Source of the DNA: Minisyncoccota bacterium
Lineage (GTDB): Bacteria; Patescibacteriota; Minisyncoccia; Phycocordibacterales; UBA9973
Length of the DNA: 64,000 nucleotides
NCBI GenBank assembly: GCA_041662525.1
Contig: JBAZSF010000002.1
Span: forward strand, 90,196 to 154,195
Direction of reading: 5' to 3'
The notes beneath the pieces are model-generated. The model was not told the DNA's origin. It worked only from the letters and a program-made list of their open reading frames with translations, and made no database searches. Position numbers and translations under genes: made by a program. Shown here in pieces: positions 19,264 through 28,741 of this stretch (positions are counted from its first letter, which is position 1; every line of letters starts with the position of its first letter).

Positions 19264-20940
19264 ATGCAAAGATATGGAGAATTATTGAGAGCACTTCTAG
19301 AAAAAAGGGGAGTTGTTAATGAAGCACAAACGGAAATCTTCCTTAATCCAGATTATGAACGAGATTTTCATGATCCTCTTTTAATGCGAGATATGGAAAA
19401 AGCTTGCGTCAGGATATATGAAGCGATAGAGAATAATGAAAAAATAATTATTTATGCAGATTATGATTGTGATGGGATTCCAGGAGCTGTTATTCTCACT
19501 GATTTGTTTGTCTTATTGGGATATAAAAATTATGAAATTTACATACCTCAAAGAAATTCTGAAGGTTATGGACTTAATCTTGAAGCGATTAAACAATTTG
19601 TAAAATCCAATGTTAAACTTTTAATTACTGTTGACCTTGGTATCACTGCAATCAAGGAAGTAGCTCAAGCAGAAGTAGATGGAATTGATGTGATAATAAT
19701 TGACCATCATTTACCTAAAGAAACATTACCCCGTGCTTATGCAATTTTAAATCCAAAGATAGATGAATATCCAGAAAAAATGCTTTGTGGGGCGGGTGTT
19801 GTTTTTAAATTTGTACAGGGGTTCATTGCTAAATATGGCAAAGGAAATAAGAATTTTGATATAAAAGATGGGCAGGAAAAATGGATGCTCGATATGGCGG
19901 GATTGGCGACACTTTCTGATATGGTGCCACTCGTGGGGGAGAATAGAGCTATCGCATATTTTGGAATGAAGGTATTAAAGAAGTCTCCTCGCCCAGGGTT
20001 GCAAAAACTTTTAGCAAAAATGAAGATTGAACAAAAGTATTTATCGGTTGATGATATCGGCTTTATGGTAACACCTAGATTGAATGCTGCCTCCCGAATG
20101 GATGACCCTATGCGAGCTTATGAGCTTCTTTCTACGAGAGATGAAGCGGAAGCAGGTGCGCTCTCAGACCATTTATCAAAAATAAATGATGAGAGAAAAA
20201 ATATTGTGAAAAGTATTATGCGCGACGTAAACAAACATTTGGATAAAAAATTTGAAAGTGGGAAAGAAGTAAATGTGATAGTGATAGGTAATCCAGAATG
20301 GAAGGTGGGAGTTTTGGGATTAGTGGCAGGAAAAATATCAGATAAATATAAAAAATCTGTTTTTGTGTGGGCGAAAGATGAGAATGATTGTATTAAAGGT
20401 TCTTGCCGAAGTGATGGATCTATCTCTGTCGTGGAGCTTATGAGTGAAAATAGTGAATCATTTGTAGATTTTGGTGGGCATGAACTCGCAGGAGGATTTA
20501 CTGTGCATGATGATAAAATTCATTTTTTAGAAGAAGTTTTGTCTCTTTCTTTTCATAAAGTAAAAAGAGATAAAAAAGAAGACGTTGTAAATTATGATAT
20601 CAAATCCGATTTGGGTATTGTGAATATAAAAAATTGGAAGGAAATAGAAAAGCTCGCGCCTTTTGGAATAGGAAATCCAAAACCAGTTTTTCTCTTTCCT
20701 GACGTCAAGATAGAAAAAATAAAAAAATTTGGCAAGAATGGATCTGGAGAACATTTAGAAATCATTTTTTCTGATTTGTCTAGCAATGCTACAGCTATTT
20801 CATTCTTTTCTGATTATGATTCTTTTGATGTGCCTCTCGCAGAAGACAAAAAGGTGAATCTTCTAGCTACTTTTGACTTATCTAGATTTAGAGGGAGAGA
20901 AGAGTTAAGATTAAGGATAGAGAATATATATGAGGGATGA
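19264..20940 (+). CDS. recJ: single-stranded-DNA-specific exonuclease RecJ
   Basis: DHH motifs (DYDCDG, IIIDHH) and a DHHA1 domain. The start is taken at MQRYGELL. The ORF-track upstream extension merely reads through the repeat. Confidence 0.85.
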   Translation: MQRYGELLRALLEKRGVVNEAQTEIFLNPDYERDFHDPLLMRDMEKACVRIYEAIENNEKIIIYADYDCDGIPGAVILTDLFVLLGYKNYEIYIPQRNSEGYGLNLEAIKQFVKSNVKLLITVDLGITAIKEVAQAEVDGIDVIIIDHHLPKETLPRAYAILNPKIDEYPEKMLCGAGVVFKFVQGFIAKYGKGNKNFDIKDGQEKWMLDMAGLATLSDMVPLVGENRAIAYFGMKVLKKSPRPGLQKLLAKMKIEQKYLSVDDIGFMVTPRLNAASRMDDPMRAYELLSTRDEAEAGALSDHLSKINDERKNIVKSIMRDVNKHLDKKFESGKEVNVIVIGNPEWKVGVLGLVAGKISDKYKKSVFVWAKDENDCIKGSCRSDGSISVVELMSENSESFVDFGGHELAGGFTVHDDKIHFLEEVLSLSFHKVKRDKKEDVVNYDIKSDLGIVNIKNWKEIEKLAPFGIGNPKPVFLFPDVKIEKIKKFGKNGSGEHLEIIFSDLSSNATAISFFSDYDSFDVPLAEDKKVNLLATFDLSRFRGREELRLRIENIYEG

Positions 20941-21418
20941 AATTATGAAAATTTACACAGATGGGGCGGCGAAGGGGAATCCTGGAAGGGCTGGGTGGGG
21001 AGCTGTTTTTATCATAATGGATAAAGTTTTTGAGATTGGTGGAGGGGTAGACCATGCAACAAACAATCAAATGGAATTAACTGGACCTATTGAGGCGTTG
21101 AAGTTTCTAGCTAGGCAAGGCCTAGCTGGGGATGATGTGGAAATTGTCTCTGATTCTAAATATGTAATTTTAGGAATTACAGAGTGGATTTTTAATTGGC
21201 AGAAAAATAATTGGCGAAATGCTAAAAAAGAGCCAGTTTTAAATCGTGTTCTTTGGGAGGAATTATATAAACTTGTCCAAGAGTTTACTTGTTTGCCAAA
21301 TAGGAAGGAAATAAAATGGACTTATGTGAAAGGACATAACGGAGATAAATACAACGAAAGAGCAGATGAAATAGCTACCAGTTTTGCGGAAGGGAATCCT
21401 GTAAAATTGAAAAAATAA
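20930..21418 (+). CDS. rnhA: ribonuclease HI
   Basis: TDGAAKGNPGRAGWGAV motif plus the ...E...D...H...D catalytic pattern. Confidence 0.85.
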   Translation: MRDEIMKIYTDGAAKGNPGRAGWGAVFIIMDKVFEIGGGVDHATNNQMELTGPIEALKFLARQGLAGDDVEIVSDSKYVILGITEWIFNWQKNNWRNAKKEPVLNRVLWEELYKLVQEFTCLPNRKEIKWTYVKGHNGDKYNERADEIATSFAEGNPVKLKK

Positions 21419-21427
21419 TTATTTTTA

Positions 21428-22915
21428 ATGCGCGATAGAGTTTTTTATACAATTTGTTTTGGTTTTTTATTTGGAGTGCTTTTGCGCTCTTTTGTTTTTA
21501 TAGATTTATATTTAATTATTTTATTTAGTGTAATTGCTAGCGCTTTATTTTTGTTTTTTACATTGATTGCAAAAAGTGATTGGGCCTACCTGCGCAGGCA
21601 GGGAATTTTATTTTCAATTTTTGTTTTAACTTTTTGTTTGGGTGTTTTTAGATTTAATATGGTTGATGTTTTTAATCCTGTTGTTTTTGAATCTCAAGTA
21701 AATCAAAAAGTAACTTTTTCAGGGGAAATTATTGATGAACCGAGCATTAAAGAAAATAATCAGCAATTAATAGTAGAAATACAAATCCCCGCCAAAACGA
21801 AAATTATTTTATCGACAAGATTAGATGCTGATTATAAATACGGAGATGAAATAAAGTTTTCTGGAAAATTAGAAAAGCCGGAGAATTTTATCACTAATCA
21901 AGGAAAAGAATTTGATTATATAAATTATTTGCGTAAAGACGGAATTTTGTATGTGATGAGTTATCCAAAAATTGAAATTATTTCACACGGGAACGGTAAT
22001 GCAATTCAAAGCATATTATTTGATGTTAAAGATAAATTTTTAGAAAAAATTAATTTTGCTATTCCTGCTCCTGAGAATCTACTGATGGGTGGGCTTATTT
22101 TGGGTGAAAAATCTTCTTTTAGTCAAGAGTTGAGAGAGAGTTTTGTGAATACTGGTACGATACATATCGTGGCCCTTTCTGGATACAACGTGACGATAAT
22201 TGCTGAATGGATTATGAAATTATTTGGATTTTTACCGAAAACTTTCGGTATTGGGATAGGAATTTTGGCAATATTTTTATTTATCATTATGACTGGTGGT
22301 AGCTCGACGGCTATTCGAGCGGGGATAATGGCGATTTTAGTATTGATAGCCCGCGCGACTGGAAGAAATTATGATGTCGCGCGGGCCCTTGTGCTTGCAG
22401 GGGTAGGGATGATTTTATTTAATCCTTTTCTGCTTGTTTATGATGTTTCTTTTCAGCTTTCTTTTCTGGCAACAATTGCTGTGATATTTATCGCGCCAAG
22501 AATTGAAAAATATTTTCTATGGGTACCGAAAACTTTTGAATTGCGAGACATAGTATCTGTCACTTGCGCTGCTTATTTTTTTGTTTTTCCATTTATTCTT
22601 TACAAAATGGGTAATTTTTCACTCGTGGCTTTGCCAGCTAATTTTTTAATTTTGCCTTTTATTCCTTTCACAATGATGCTCGGATTTATTACTGGTTTTC
22701 TAGGCCTTATTTATTATATATTGGCGGTACCAGTGGGGTATCTTTCCTATTTATTTTTGCATTATGAGCTCGGAGTAGTAAGTTTTTTCTCACATCTACC
22801 GTTTGCCGCTTTTGCTTTTCCTGATTTTTCATTTTGGCTAATAGTTCTAATTTACACCTATTTTATTTATAGACTTTTTGGCAGAAATATAAAAAGTTTT
22901 TTTAGAGAAAATTAA
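21428..22915 (+). CDS. comEC: ComEC/Rec2 DNA-uptake channel (DUF4131 + competence domain, no MBL domain)
   Basis: Polytopic membrane protein with the IHIVALSGYNVTII competence-domain motif. Confidence 0.75.
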   Translation: MRDRVFYTICFGFLFGVLLRSFVFIDLYLIILFSVIASALFLFFTLIAKSDWAYLRRQGILFSIFVLTFCLGVFRFNMVDVFNPVVFESQVNQKVTFSGEIIDEPSIKENNQQLIVEIQIPAKTKIILSTRLDADYKYGDEIKFSGKLEKPENFITNQGKEFDYINYLRKDGILYVMSYPKIEIISHGNGNAIQSILFDVKDKFLEKINFAIPAPENLLMGGLILGEKSSFSQELRESFVNTGTIHIVALSGYNVTIIAEWIMKLFGFLPKTFGIGIGILAIFLFIIMTGGSSTAIRAGIMAILVLIARATGRNYDVARALVLAGVGMILFNPFLLVYDVSFQLSFLATIAVIFIAPRIEKYFLWVPKTFELRDIVSVTCAAYFFVFPFILYKMGNFSLVALPANFLILPFIPFTMMLGFITGFLGLIYYILAVPVGYLSYLFLHYELGVVSFFSHLPFAAFAFPDFSFWLIVLIYTYFIYRLFGRNIKSFFREN

Positions 22916-22929
22916 AAAACTCGTTGAAG

Positions 22930-23030
22930 TCGTAACTTTTAAGAAACATTGCGCAGGCGGGTAGCCGAGCATAGCAAAAAATCAGCAGATTTTTATGCGT
23001 GTTGAGTAAAAGTTATGACGAGAAAGAGTT
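22930..23030. other. long imperfect hairpin between convergent genes (probable bidirectional terminator)
   Basis: gaagtcgtaactttta ... taaaagttatgacgag arms enclose ~65 nt. Confidence 0.35.
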
Positions 23031-23034
23031 TTCT

Positions 23035-23646
23035 CTATTGAGCCTTTTTAAAATTTTCTTCAATCACTTCCCAATTTAGATTTTCAAAAAATGCTTCTAC
23101 GTATTTTTTCTTTTCGGAAGTTGGGTAATCATAAATGAAAGCATGTTCCCACATATCAATACCGAGAATCCAGTCGAGTCCATTTAATTGTCCTAAATGA
23201 TGTTCATCTATCCAGGTGCTAATTAATTGTTTTGTTTCTTTATCATAATAAACTACTGCCCAGCCGACCCCGCGAGTCATCGCTAGGTTTTTAAAGTCAT
23301 CAAGCCACAAATTAAAAGATGGTGAATCTTTTTCGATGAATTTTTTTAATAAAGAATCCGAAGACAGTGTCTTTGCTCCGCCTTCTAGAGATCTGAAATA
23401 ATATTCATGGTTGCGCATACCATTAAATTCAAAACCGAACCTTCTGTGCAATTCTCCTATCACATAAACAACTCCTGGGATTAAGGGTTCCCCAATTTCG
23501 GATAATTTGGTATATTCTTCAAGTTTTTCTATAATCAGATTTGTGTTTTTTACATAACCAGCATAAAGTTTTAGATGTTCCTCAGTGTTTTTCAAAGAGA
23601 TACCTTTCAAGGTTTCGATATTAAATTTTTTTTCTTCAAATTTCAT
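23035..23646 (-). CDS. Fe/Mn superoxide dismutase
   Basis: NHEYYF and D-M-W-E-H-A motifs, with metal ligands present. Confidence 0.75.
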   Translation of the reverse strand: MKFEEKKFNIETLKGISLKNTEEHLKLYAGYVKNTNLIIEKLEEYTKLSEIGEPLIPGVVYVIGELHRRFGFEFNGMRNHEYYFRSLEGGAKTLSSDSLLKKFIEKDSPSFNLWLDDFKNLAMTRGVGWAVVYYDKETKQLISTWIDEHHLGQLNGLDWILGIDMWEHAFIYDYPTSEKKKYVEAFFENLNWEVIEENFKKAQ

Positions 23647-23664
23647 GTGTGTTAGTATTGTAAC

Positions 23665-24534
23665 ATGTCTAGAAATATCAAGCAGTATTGGCTGTTAATT
23701 TTTACATTTTTTCTTTTATTTACAACAGTTTTTCTATTTTATTTAGATTGGCAAAATACTTATCGTAGTTTTACTTTTGCTATGTTGGATGTCGGTCAAG
23801 GTGACGCGCTTTTTATAGAATCTCCGACAGGGACGCAGGTGATGTTTGATGGTGGTCCATCACGTAAAGTTTTAGGTCCACTCGCTCGGGTGATATCTCC
23901 ATTTGATAAAACTATTGATGCGTTGATAATTACTAATCCAGACGCTGACCACATCGGTGGGTTTATAGATATTTTAAAAAATTATAAAGTGGGTGCCGTC
24001 TTTGAGTCGGGTACTTTGACTGATTCTAAAATTTATCAGAATTTGACAGAAGAAATGAAGAGACAAAACATACCCGATGTTTTAGCTAGAAGGGGAATGA
24101 AGTTAGACCTTGGGGGCGGAGTAGTGATTGATATTTTATTTCCAGATAGAGATGTTTCTGAGTGGGCGACCAATGATGGGGGAGTAGTAGCACGACTTTC
24201 TCATGATAAAACATCCATAATGCTTACTGGCGATGCGAGCACAAAAACAGAACAAATAATTCTTTCAGAAAATTCTGAAGTGCAATTAAAAAGTACTATT
24301 TTAAAAATCGGACATCATGGTTCGCGGACCTCTTCCTCTCTAAGTTTTGTAAAAGCTGTTTCTCCAGAATACGCGCTTATTTCAAACAGTAAAGACAATA
24401 ACTATGGTCATCCACATCAAGAAACTTTAGATACATTAGTCAAATTTGGCGCAAATATTTTCCGTACTGATTTATTAGGTACAATAGTCATGAAATCTGA
24501 TGGTCAGAATGTCAATTTTTTATTCCACAAGTAG
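23665..24534 (+). CDS. membrane-anchored MBL-fold hydrolase (ComEC C-terminal-domain-like)
   Basis: N-terminal TM helix, then a metallo-beta-lactamase fold (VGQGDALFIE, NPDADHIGG, GHHGS) as found fused to ComEC in other bacteria. Confidence 0.7.
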   Translation: MSRNIKQYWLLIFTFFLLFTTVFLFYLDWQNTYRSFTFAMLDVGQGDALFIESPTGTQVMFDGGPSRKVLGPLARVISPFDKTIDALIITNPDADHIGGFIDILKNYKVGAVFESGTLTDSKIYQNLTEEMKRQNIPDVLARRGMKLDLGGGVVIDILFPDRDVSEWATNDGGVVARLSHDKTSIMLTGDASTKTEQIILSENSEVQLKSTILKIGHHGSRTSSSLSFVKAVSPEYALISNSKDNNYGHPHQETLDTLVKFGANIFRTDLLGTIVMKSDGQNVNFLFHK

Positions 24535-24562
24535 ACAAAAATAAATATGATATACTCATTTT

Positions 24563-25753
24563 ATGAAAGATAAAAAAATTGAGAGTCTTATTAAAAATGA
24601 AACGAAGAGGCAAAAAAGTGTAATTAATCTTATACCTTCAGAGAATTATGTTTCCAAAGACGTTTTGACGGCTCTTGGTTCTATTTTTGATAACAAATAT
24701 GCTGAAGGATATCCGTATGCTCGATATTATGGAGGACAGAGATATACAGATGAGCTGGAGACTCTTTGCCAAGATCGAGCCCGAAAACTTTTCAAATTAA
24801 AAAAAGATTTATGGCATGTGAATGTTCAGCCACTTTCAGGATCACCAGCAAATTTAGCTGTGTATTTAGCGCTTGTACCACAAGGTGGCAAGATTATGGG
24901 ACTACCTCTTTCTTCTGGCGGACATTTGACTCATGGTCAGAAAGTTTCTATCACTGGTAAGGTGTGGGAGCAAGTGCCTATTAGTTTAGATTTAAAAACT
25001 GAACTTATTGATTATAAAAAAATGAAAGAGGATGCGATTAGAGAAAAGCCGAAGCTAATAATTGTTGGTTTTACTGCATATCCTAGAATTGTTGATTTTA
25101 AAAAATGTCGTGAAGCAGCTGATGCTTGCGGAGCGTACCTTATGGTGGACATGTCTCATTTTGCCGGATTGGTAGCGGGTGAAGCTTATCCAACACCTTT
25201 TGAATATGCAGACGTTGTGACCACCACTACCCACAAGACTCTTCGTGGTCCCCGAGGTGCAATTATCTTTTCTAGAAAAGATAGAAAAGTAGGAGATAAA
25301 GATATTTCAGTTTTGATTGATAAGGCCATCTTTCCAGGCATACAGGGAGGTCCGCATATGGGGCAGATTGCAGGTATTGCTGTCGCGCTCAAAGAAGATG
25401 ATTCACCTGCGTTTAAAAAATATGCAAAACAAATTCTCAATAATGCGAAAGCACTAGCTCTTGAACTTAGCCATTTGGGTTGGAGGATTGTTTCTGGCGG
25501 GACAGAGTCGCATCTTATTTTGGTGGATACTTGGATGGATGGAAAAGGTATCTCCGGAAAAGAAGCCGAGGCCAAGCTAGAAAAAGCTGGGATTATTTGT
25601 AATAAAAATACTATTCCGGGTGAGACTCGTTCACCATTTGACCCTTCTGGTATTCGCATAGGCACACCAGCTGAGACTACTTTAGGTAAAAAGGAAAAAG
25701 ACATGATAGCGATTGCGAGAAAAATAGACAAGGTTTTGAAAGGGAAGAAATAA
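24563..25753 (+). CDS. glyA: serine hydroxymethyltransferase
   Basis: TTTTHKTLRGPRG PLP-lysine motif. Confidence 0.9.
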   Translation: MKDKKIESLIKNETKRQKSVINLIPSENYVSKDVLTALGSIFDNKYAEGYPYARYYGGQRYTDELETLCQDRARKLFKLKKDLWHVNVQPLSGSPANLAVYLALVPQGGKIMGLPLSSGGHLTHGQKVSITGKVWEQVPISLDLKTELIDYKKMKEDAIREKPKLIIVGFTAYPRIVDFKKCREAADACGAYLMVDMSHFAGLVAGEAYPTPFEYADVVTTTTHKTLRGPRGAIIFSRKDRKVGDKDISVLIDKAIFPGIQGGPHMGQIAGIAVALKEDDSPAFKKYAKQILNNAKALALELSHLGWRIVSGGTESHLILVDTWMDGKGISGKEAEAKLEKAGIICNKNTIPGETRSPFDPSGIRIGTPAETTLGKKEKDMIAIARKIDKVLKGKK

Positions 25754-25808
25754 AATAATATTTTTCAAACAATTTTTCATTTTGCCCTTTTTCTGTTATA
25801 TTTTCTAT

Positions 25809-26513
25809 ATGGTCAAGAAGAAACAGAAAGGAAAACTCATAGTAATAGATGGCACGGATGGGAGCGGGAAAGCGACGCAAGTCGAGCTTTTAGCGAAGAC
25901 CCTAAAAAAAGAAGGATACATTGTTAAAATAGTTGATTTTCCAGAGTATTACAAGAATTTTTTTGGAGCTTTTTTAGGTCATTGTCTTTCCGAGCAATAT
26001 TATAATTTTTTAAATGTGCATCCAAAGATTGCTTCTGTGTTGTATGCAGCTGATCGTTTTGAGTCGAGTGAGGAGATGAGGAGTTGGCTCCAAAAAGGAT
26101 ATATCGTGATTGCTAATCGTTATGTTTCTGCTAGTCAAATTCACCAAGGTGGGAAAATTAAAGATACTAAAAAACGCAATAATTTTATAAAATGGCTGGA
26201 TGAAATGGAATACGGAGTCTTTAAAATTCCTCGTCCAGACATTACTTTGTATTTGAGTTTGCCTATCAATATCGTTTCACAGCTTTTAAAACATCGAGAC
26301 AGTAGTAAAATGAAAAGAGCTTATTTAAAAAAGAAAAAAGACGTGCATGAGGCAGATATAAATTTCCTTAAAAATTCCATAAAAAGTGCTTTAAAATTAG
26401 AAAAAGAAGTTCCTAATTTTATAAAAATTGATTGTGCACCAGAAGGGGAAATCTTATCGAGAGAAATTATTCACGAAAAAATTTATGAAAAGATTAAAAA
26501 AGTTTTAAAATAA
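25809..26513 (+). CDS. tmk: thymidylate kinase-family nucleotide kinase
   Basis: P-loop IDGTDGSGKATQ, DRF motif and lid region. Confidence 0.7.
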   Translation: MVKKKQKGKLIVIDGTDGSGKATQVELLAKTLKKEGYIVKIVDFPEYYKNFFGAFLGHCLSEQYYNFLNVHPKIASVLYAADRFESSEEMRSWLQKGYIVIANRYVSASQIHQGGKIKDTKKRNNFIKWLDEMEYGVFKIPRPDITLYLSLPINIVSQLLKHRDSSKMKRAYLKKKKDVHEADINFLKNSIKSALKLEKEVPNFIKIDCAPEGEILSREIIHEKIYEKIKKVLK

Positions 26514-26514
26514 A

Positions 26515-26940
26515 ATGATAATCAAAGTTAAAAAACTTAGAGAAGATGCGAAGTTGCCGACCCACGGACATCCAGGGGATGCAGGGATGGATTTTTATTG
26601 TGTGGAAGATGTGCGTTTTCCACCCGGCAAGCAAGAGATAGTACGTACTGGTGTGGCTATTGAAATTCCAGAAGGCTATGTCGGCCTTATTTGGGATAAA
26701 TCAAGCATTTCTTTTAATTTAGGGTTAAAAGTTATGGGGGGTGTTATAGACTCTGGTTTTAGGGGTGAAATCACAATGAATTTTTTAAACGTTTCAAATA
26801 AAGAAGTATTGATAACAAAAGATCATAAAATTGCTCAAATGATAATTCAAAAATTTGAACATTGTGATATTGTAGAAACGGACGAGCTTTCGGAAACTGT
26901 GCGAGGAGAAGGGAGGGAGGGGAGCACAGGCAAAAAATAG
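26515..26940 (+). CDS. dut: dUTP diphosphatase
   Basis: GVIDSGFRGEI motif. Confidence 0.85.
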   Translation: MIIKVKKLREDAKLPTHGHPGDAGMDFYCVEDVRFPPGKQEIVRTGVAIEIPEGYVGLIWDKSSISFNLGLKVMGGVIDSGFRGEITMNFLNVSNKEVLITKDHKIAQMIIQKFEHCDIVETDELSETVRGEGREGSTGKK

Positions 26941-26987
26941 CGCCACGCTTTAGTGGACGATTGCGCGGCATGATTTCGTAAAATCAT

Positions 26988-28730
26988 ATGGAAAAAGAGA
27001 TAAAAAATTTAATCAAAGATGCGCTTAAAAATCTAAATATAGAGGTTAGTAATATTGTTCTTGAACATCCGGAAAATCTAAGTAATGGAGATTATTCTAC
27101 AAATGTGGCTTTAGCTATAGCAAAAAGTGTTGAGAGAAATCCTAAAGAATTAGCAGAAAAAATAATCGTAGAAATTTTAAGATTAAATGTTGATAAAAAT
27201 ATAGAAAAAGTAGAAGTTGCAGGCAGTGGGTTTATAAATTTCTACCTATCAAGAAAATATTTTTCTAAAAGTGTTGAAGAAATTTTAAATAATCCGGAAA
27301 ATTTCGGGAAAAATGACTCATTAGAAGGAAAAAAAATAATGGTGGAGTATACAGATCCTAATCCTTTCAAGCCTTTTCATATCGGGCACTTAATGAGTAA
27401 TGCCATTGGAGAATCAATCTCGCGCCTTGTGGAGTTTTCTGGGGCAGAGATTGCGCGAGCAAATTATCAGGGAGATGTCGGGCTTCATGTGGCCAAAGCT
27501 ATCTATGGACTTTTAGATAATGAAAAGTTACAAAACAAAAATGGAACTCATAATTTTCAAGCAGGAAATATCGGACAAGCATATGTAGCTGGAGCAGGAG
27601 CTTATGAAAATAATCCTGAGGCTAAAAAAGAAATAGATGAAATAAATAAAAAACTTTATGATAAGAACGACCAGAAAATAAATGAAATATATGATTGGGG
27701 TTTTAAAGTGACGATGGAAGCTTTTGAAGATTTATATAAAATGCTCGGCACAAAATTTGATTTTTATTTTTTAGAAAGCATGATGGCGGATATTGGGCGC
27801 GAAATTGTAAATGAAAATATGGGTAAGGCCGTAGGTCCTGAGAATAATCGAAGGATTTTTGAAGAATCCGATGGTGCTATTGTCTTTAAAGCTGAAAAAT
27901 ATGATCCTAAATTACACACTCGAGTTTTTATTACTTCAAAAAATTTACCAGCATATGAAACTAAGGAGCTTGGCTTAGCGGTAGAAAAATTCAAAACTTA
28001 TCCAGGTATGGATTTATCGATTGTGGTAACTGCTAACGAACAGATGGATTATATGCGTGTCGTAGCAAAAGCGATATCGCTTATTCATCCAGATTTTGAA
28101 AATAAGATGAAGCATGTCACACATGGGATGATGCGTCTCACTACTGGCAAGATGGGGTCTCGAAAAGGGAATGTCATTACTGGTGAATCATTGATAAATG
28201 AAGTTCGCGATACTATTTTAGACAAAATGACCGATAGAGATTTTTCTAATGAAGAGAGGGAAAAGATTGCAACGGAAGTTGGAATTTCTGCGTTAAAATA
28301 TTCTATATTGAAACAAGGAATTGGTGGAGATATTATATTTGATTTTGAAAAATCTATTTCTTTTGAAGGGGATTCAGGGCCATATTTGCAATATTCTTAT
28401 GCTCGCGCAAATTCAATTTTAGAAAAAGCGCAAAAAGAAAATATTTTGCCAGATCCACATGCTTTTCCGCCTGAAATTTTTGAAGTGGAAAAATTATTAT
28501 ACAAATTTCCAGAAGTTGTGTTACGTTCTTCTTCTTTATATGAACCGCACCATGTTGCGAATTATCTAATAGAAGTCGCTCGTGCTTATAGCAGTTTTTA
28601 TGGGAATAATATTATTGTAAATAGAGAAGACCCTAGTTCGTCTTATAAAATTGCTTTAACTTATGCGTTTTCTTTTGTAATGAAAAATGGTTTGCACCTC
28701 TTAGGCATCGTGGCTCCAAAGAAAATGTAG
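26988..28730 (+). CDS. argS: arginine--tRNA ligase
   Basis: HIGH-like PFHIGHLMS motif and a DALR anticodon-binding C-terminus. Confidence 0.9.
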   Translation: MEKEIKNLIKDALKNLNIEVSNIVLEHPENLSNGDYSTNVALAIAKSVERNPKELAEKIIVEILRLNVDKNIEKVEVAGSGFINFYLSRKYFSKSVEEILNNPENFGKNDSLEGKKIMVEYTDPNPFKPFHIGHLMSNAIGESISRLVEFSGAEIARANYQGDVGLHVAKAIYGLLDNEKLQNKNGTHNFQAGNIGQAYVAGAGAYENNPEAKKEIDEINKKLYDKNDQKINEIYDWGFKVTMEAFEDLYKMLGTKFDFYFLESMMADIGREIVNENMGKAVGPENNRRIFEESDGAIVFKAEKYDPKLHTRVFITSKNLPAYETKELGLAVEKFKTYPGMDLSIVVTANEQMDYMRVVAKAISLIHPDFENKMKHVTHGMMRLTTGKMGSRKGNVITGESLINEVRDTILDKMTDRDFSNEEREKIATEVGISALKYSILKQGIGGDIIFDFEKSISFEGDSGPYLQYSYARANSILEKAQKENILPDPHAFPPEIFEVEKLLYKFPEVVLRSSSLYEPHHVANYLIEVARAYSSFYGNNIIVNREDPSSSYKIALTYAFSFVMKNGLHLLGIVAPKKM

Positions 28731-28741
28731 TAGAATAAAGC

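Noticed and set aside
23035-23646. Superoxide dismutase suspected of lacking N-terminal metal ligands.
   Set aside because: On alignment, the His in EEHLKLY and the His in NHEYYF occupy the ligand positions, and the D-x-W-E-H motif is intact. It is an ordinary Fe/Mn SOD.
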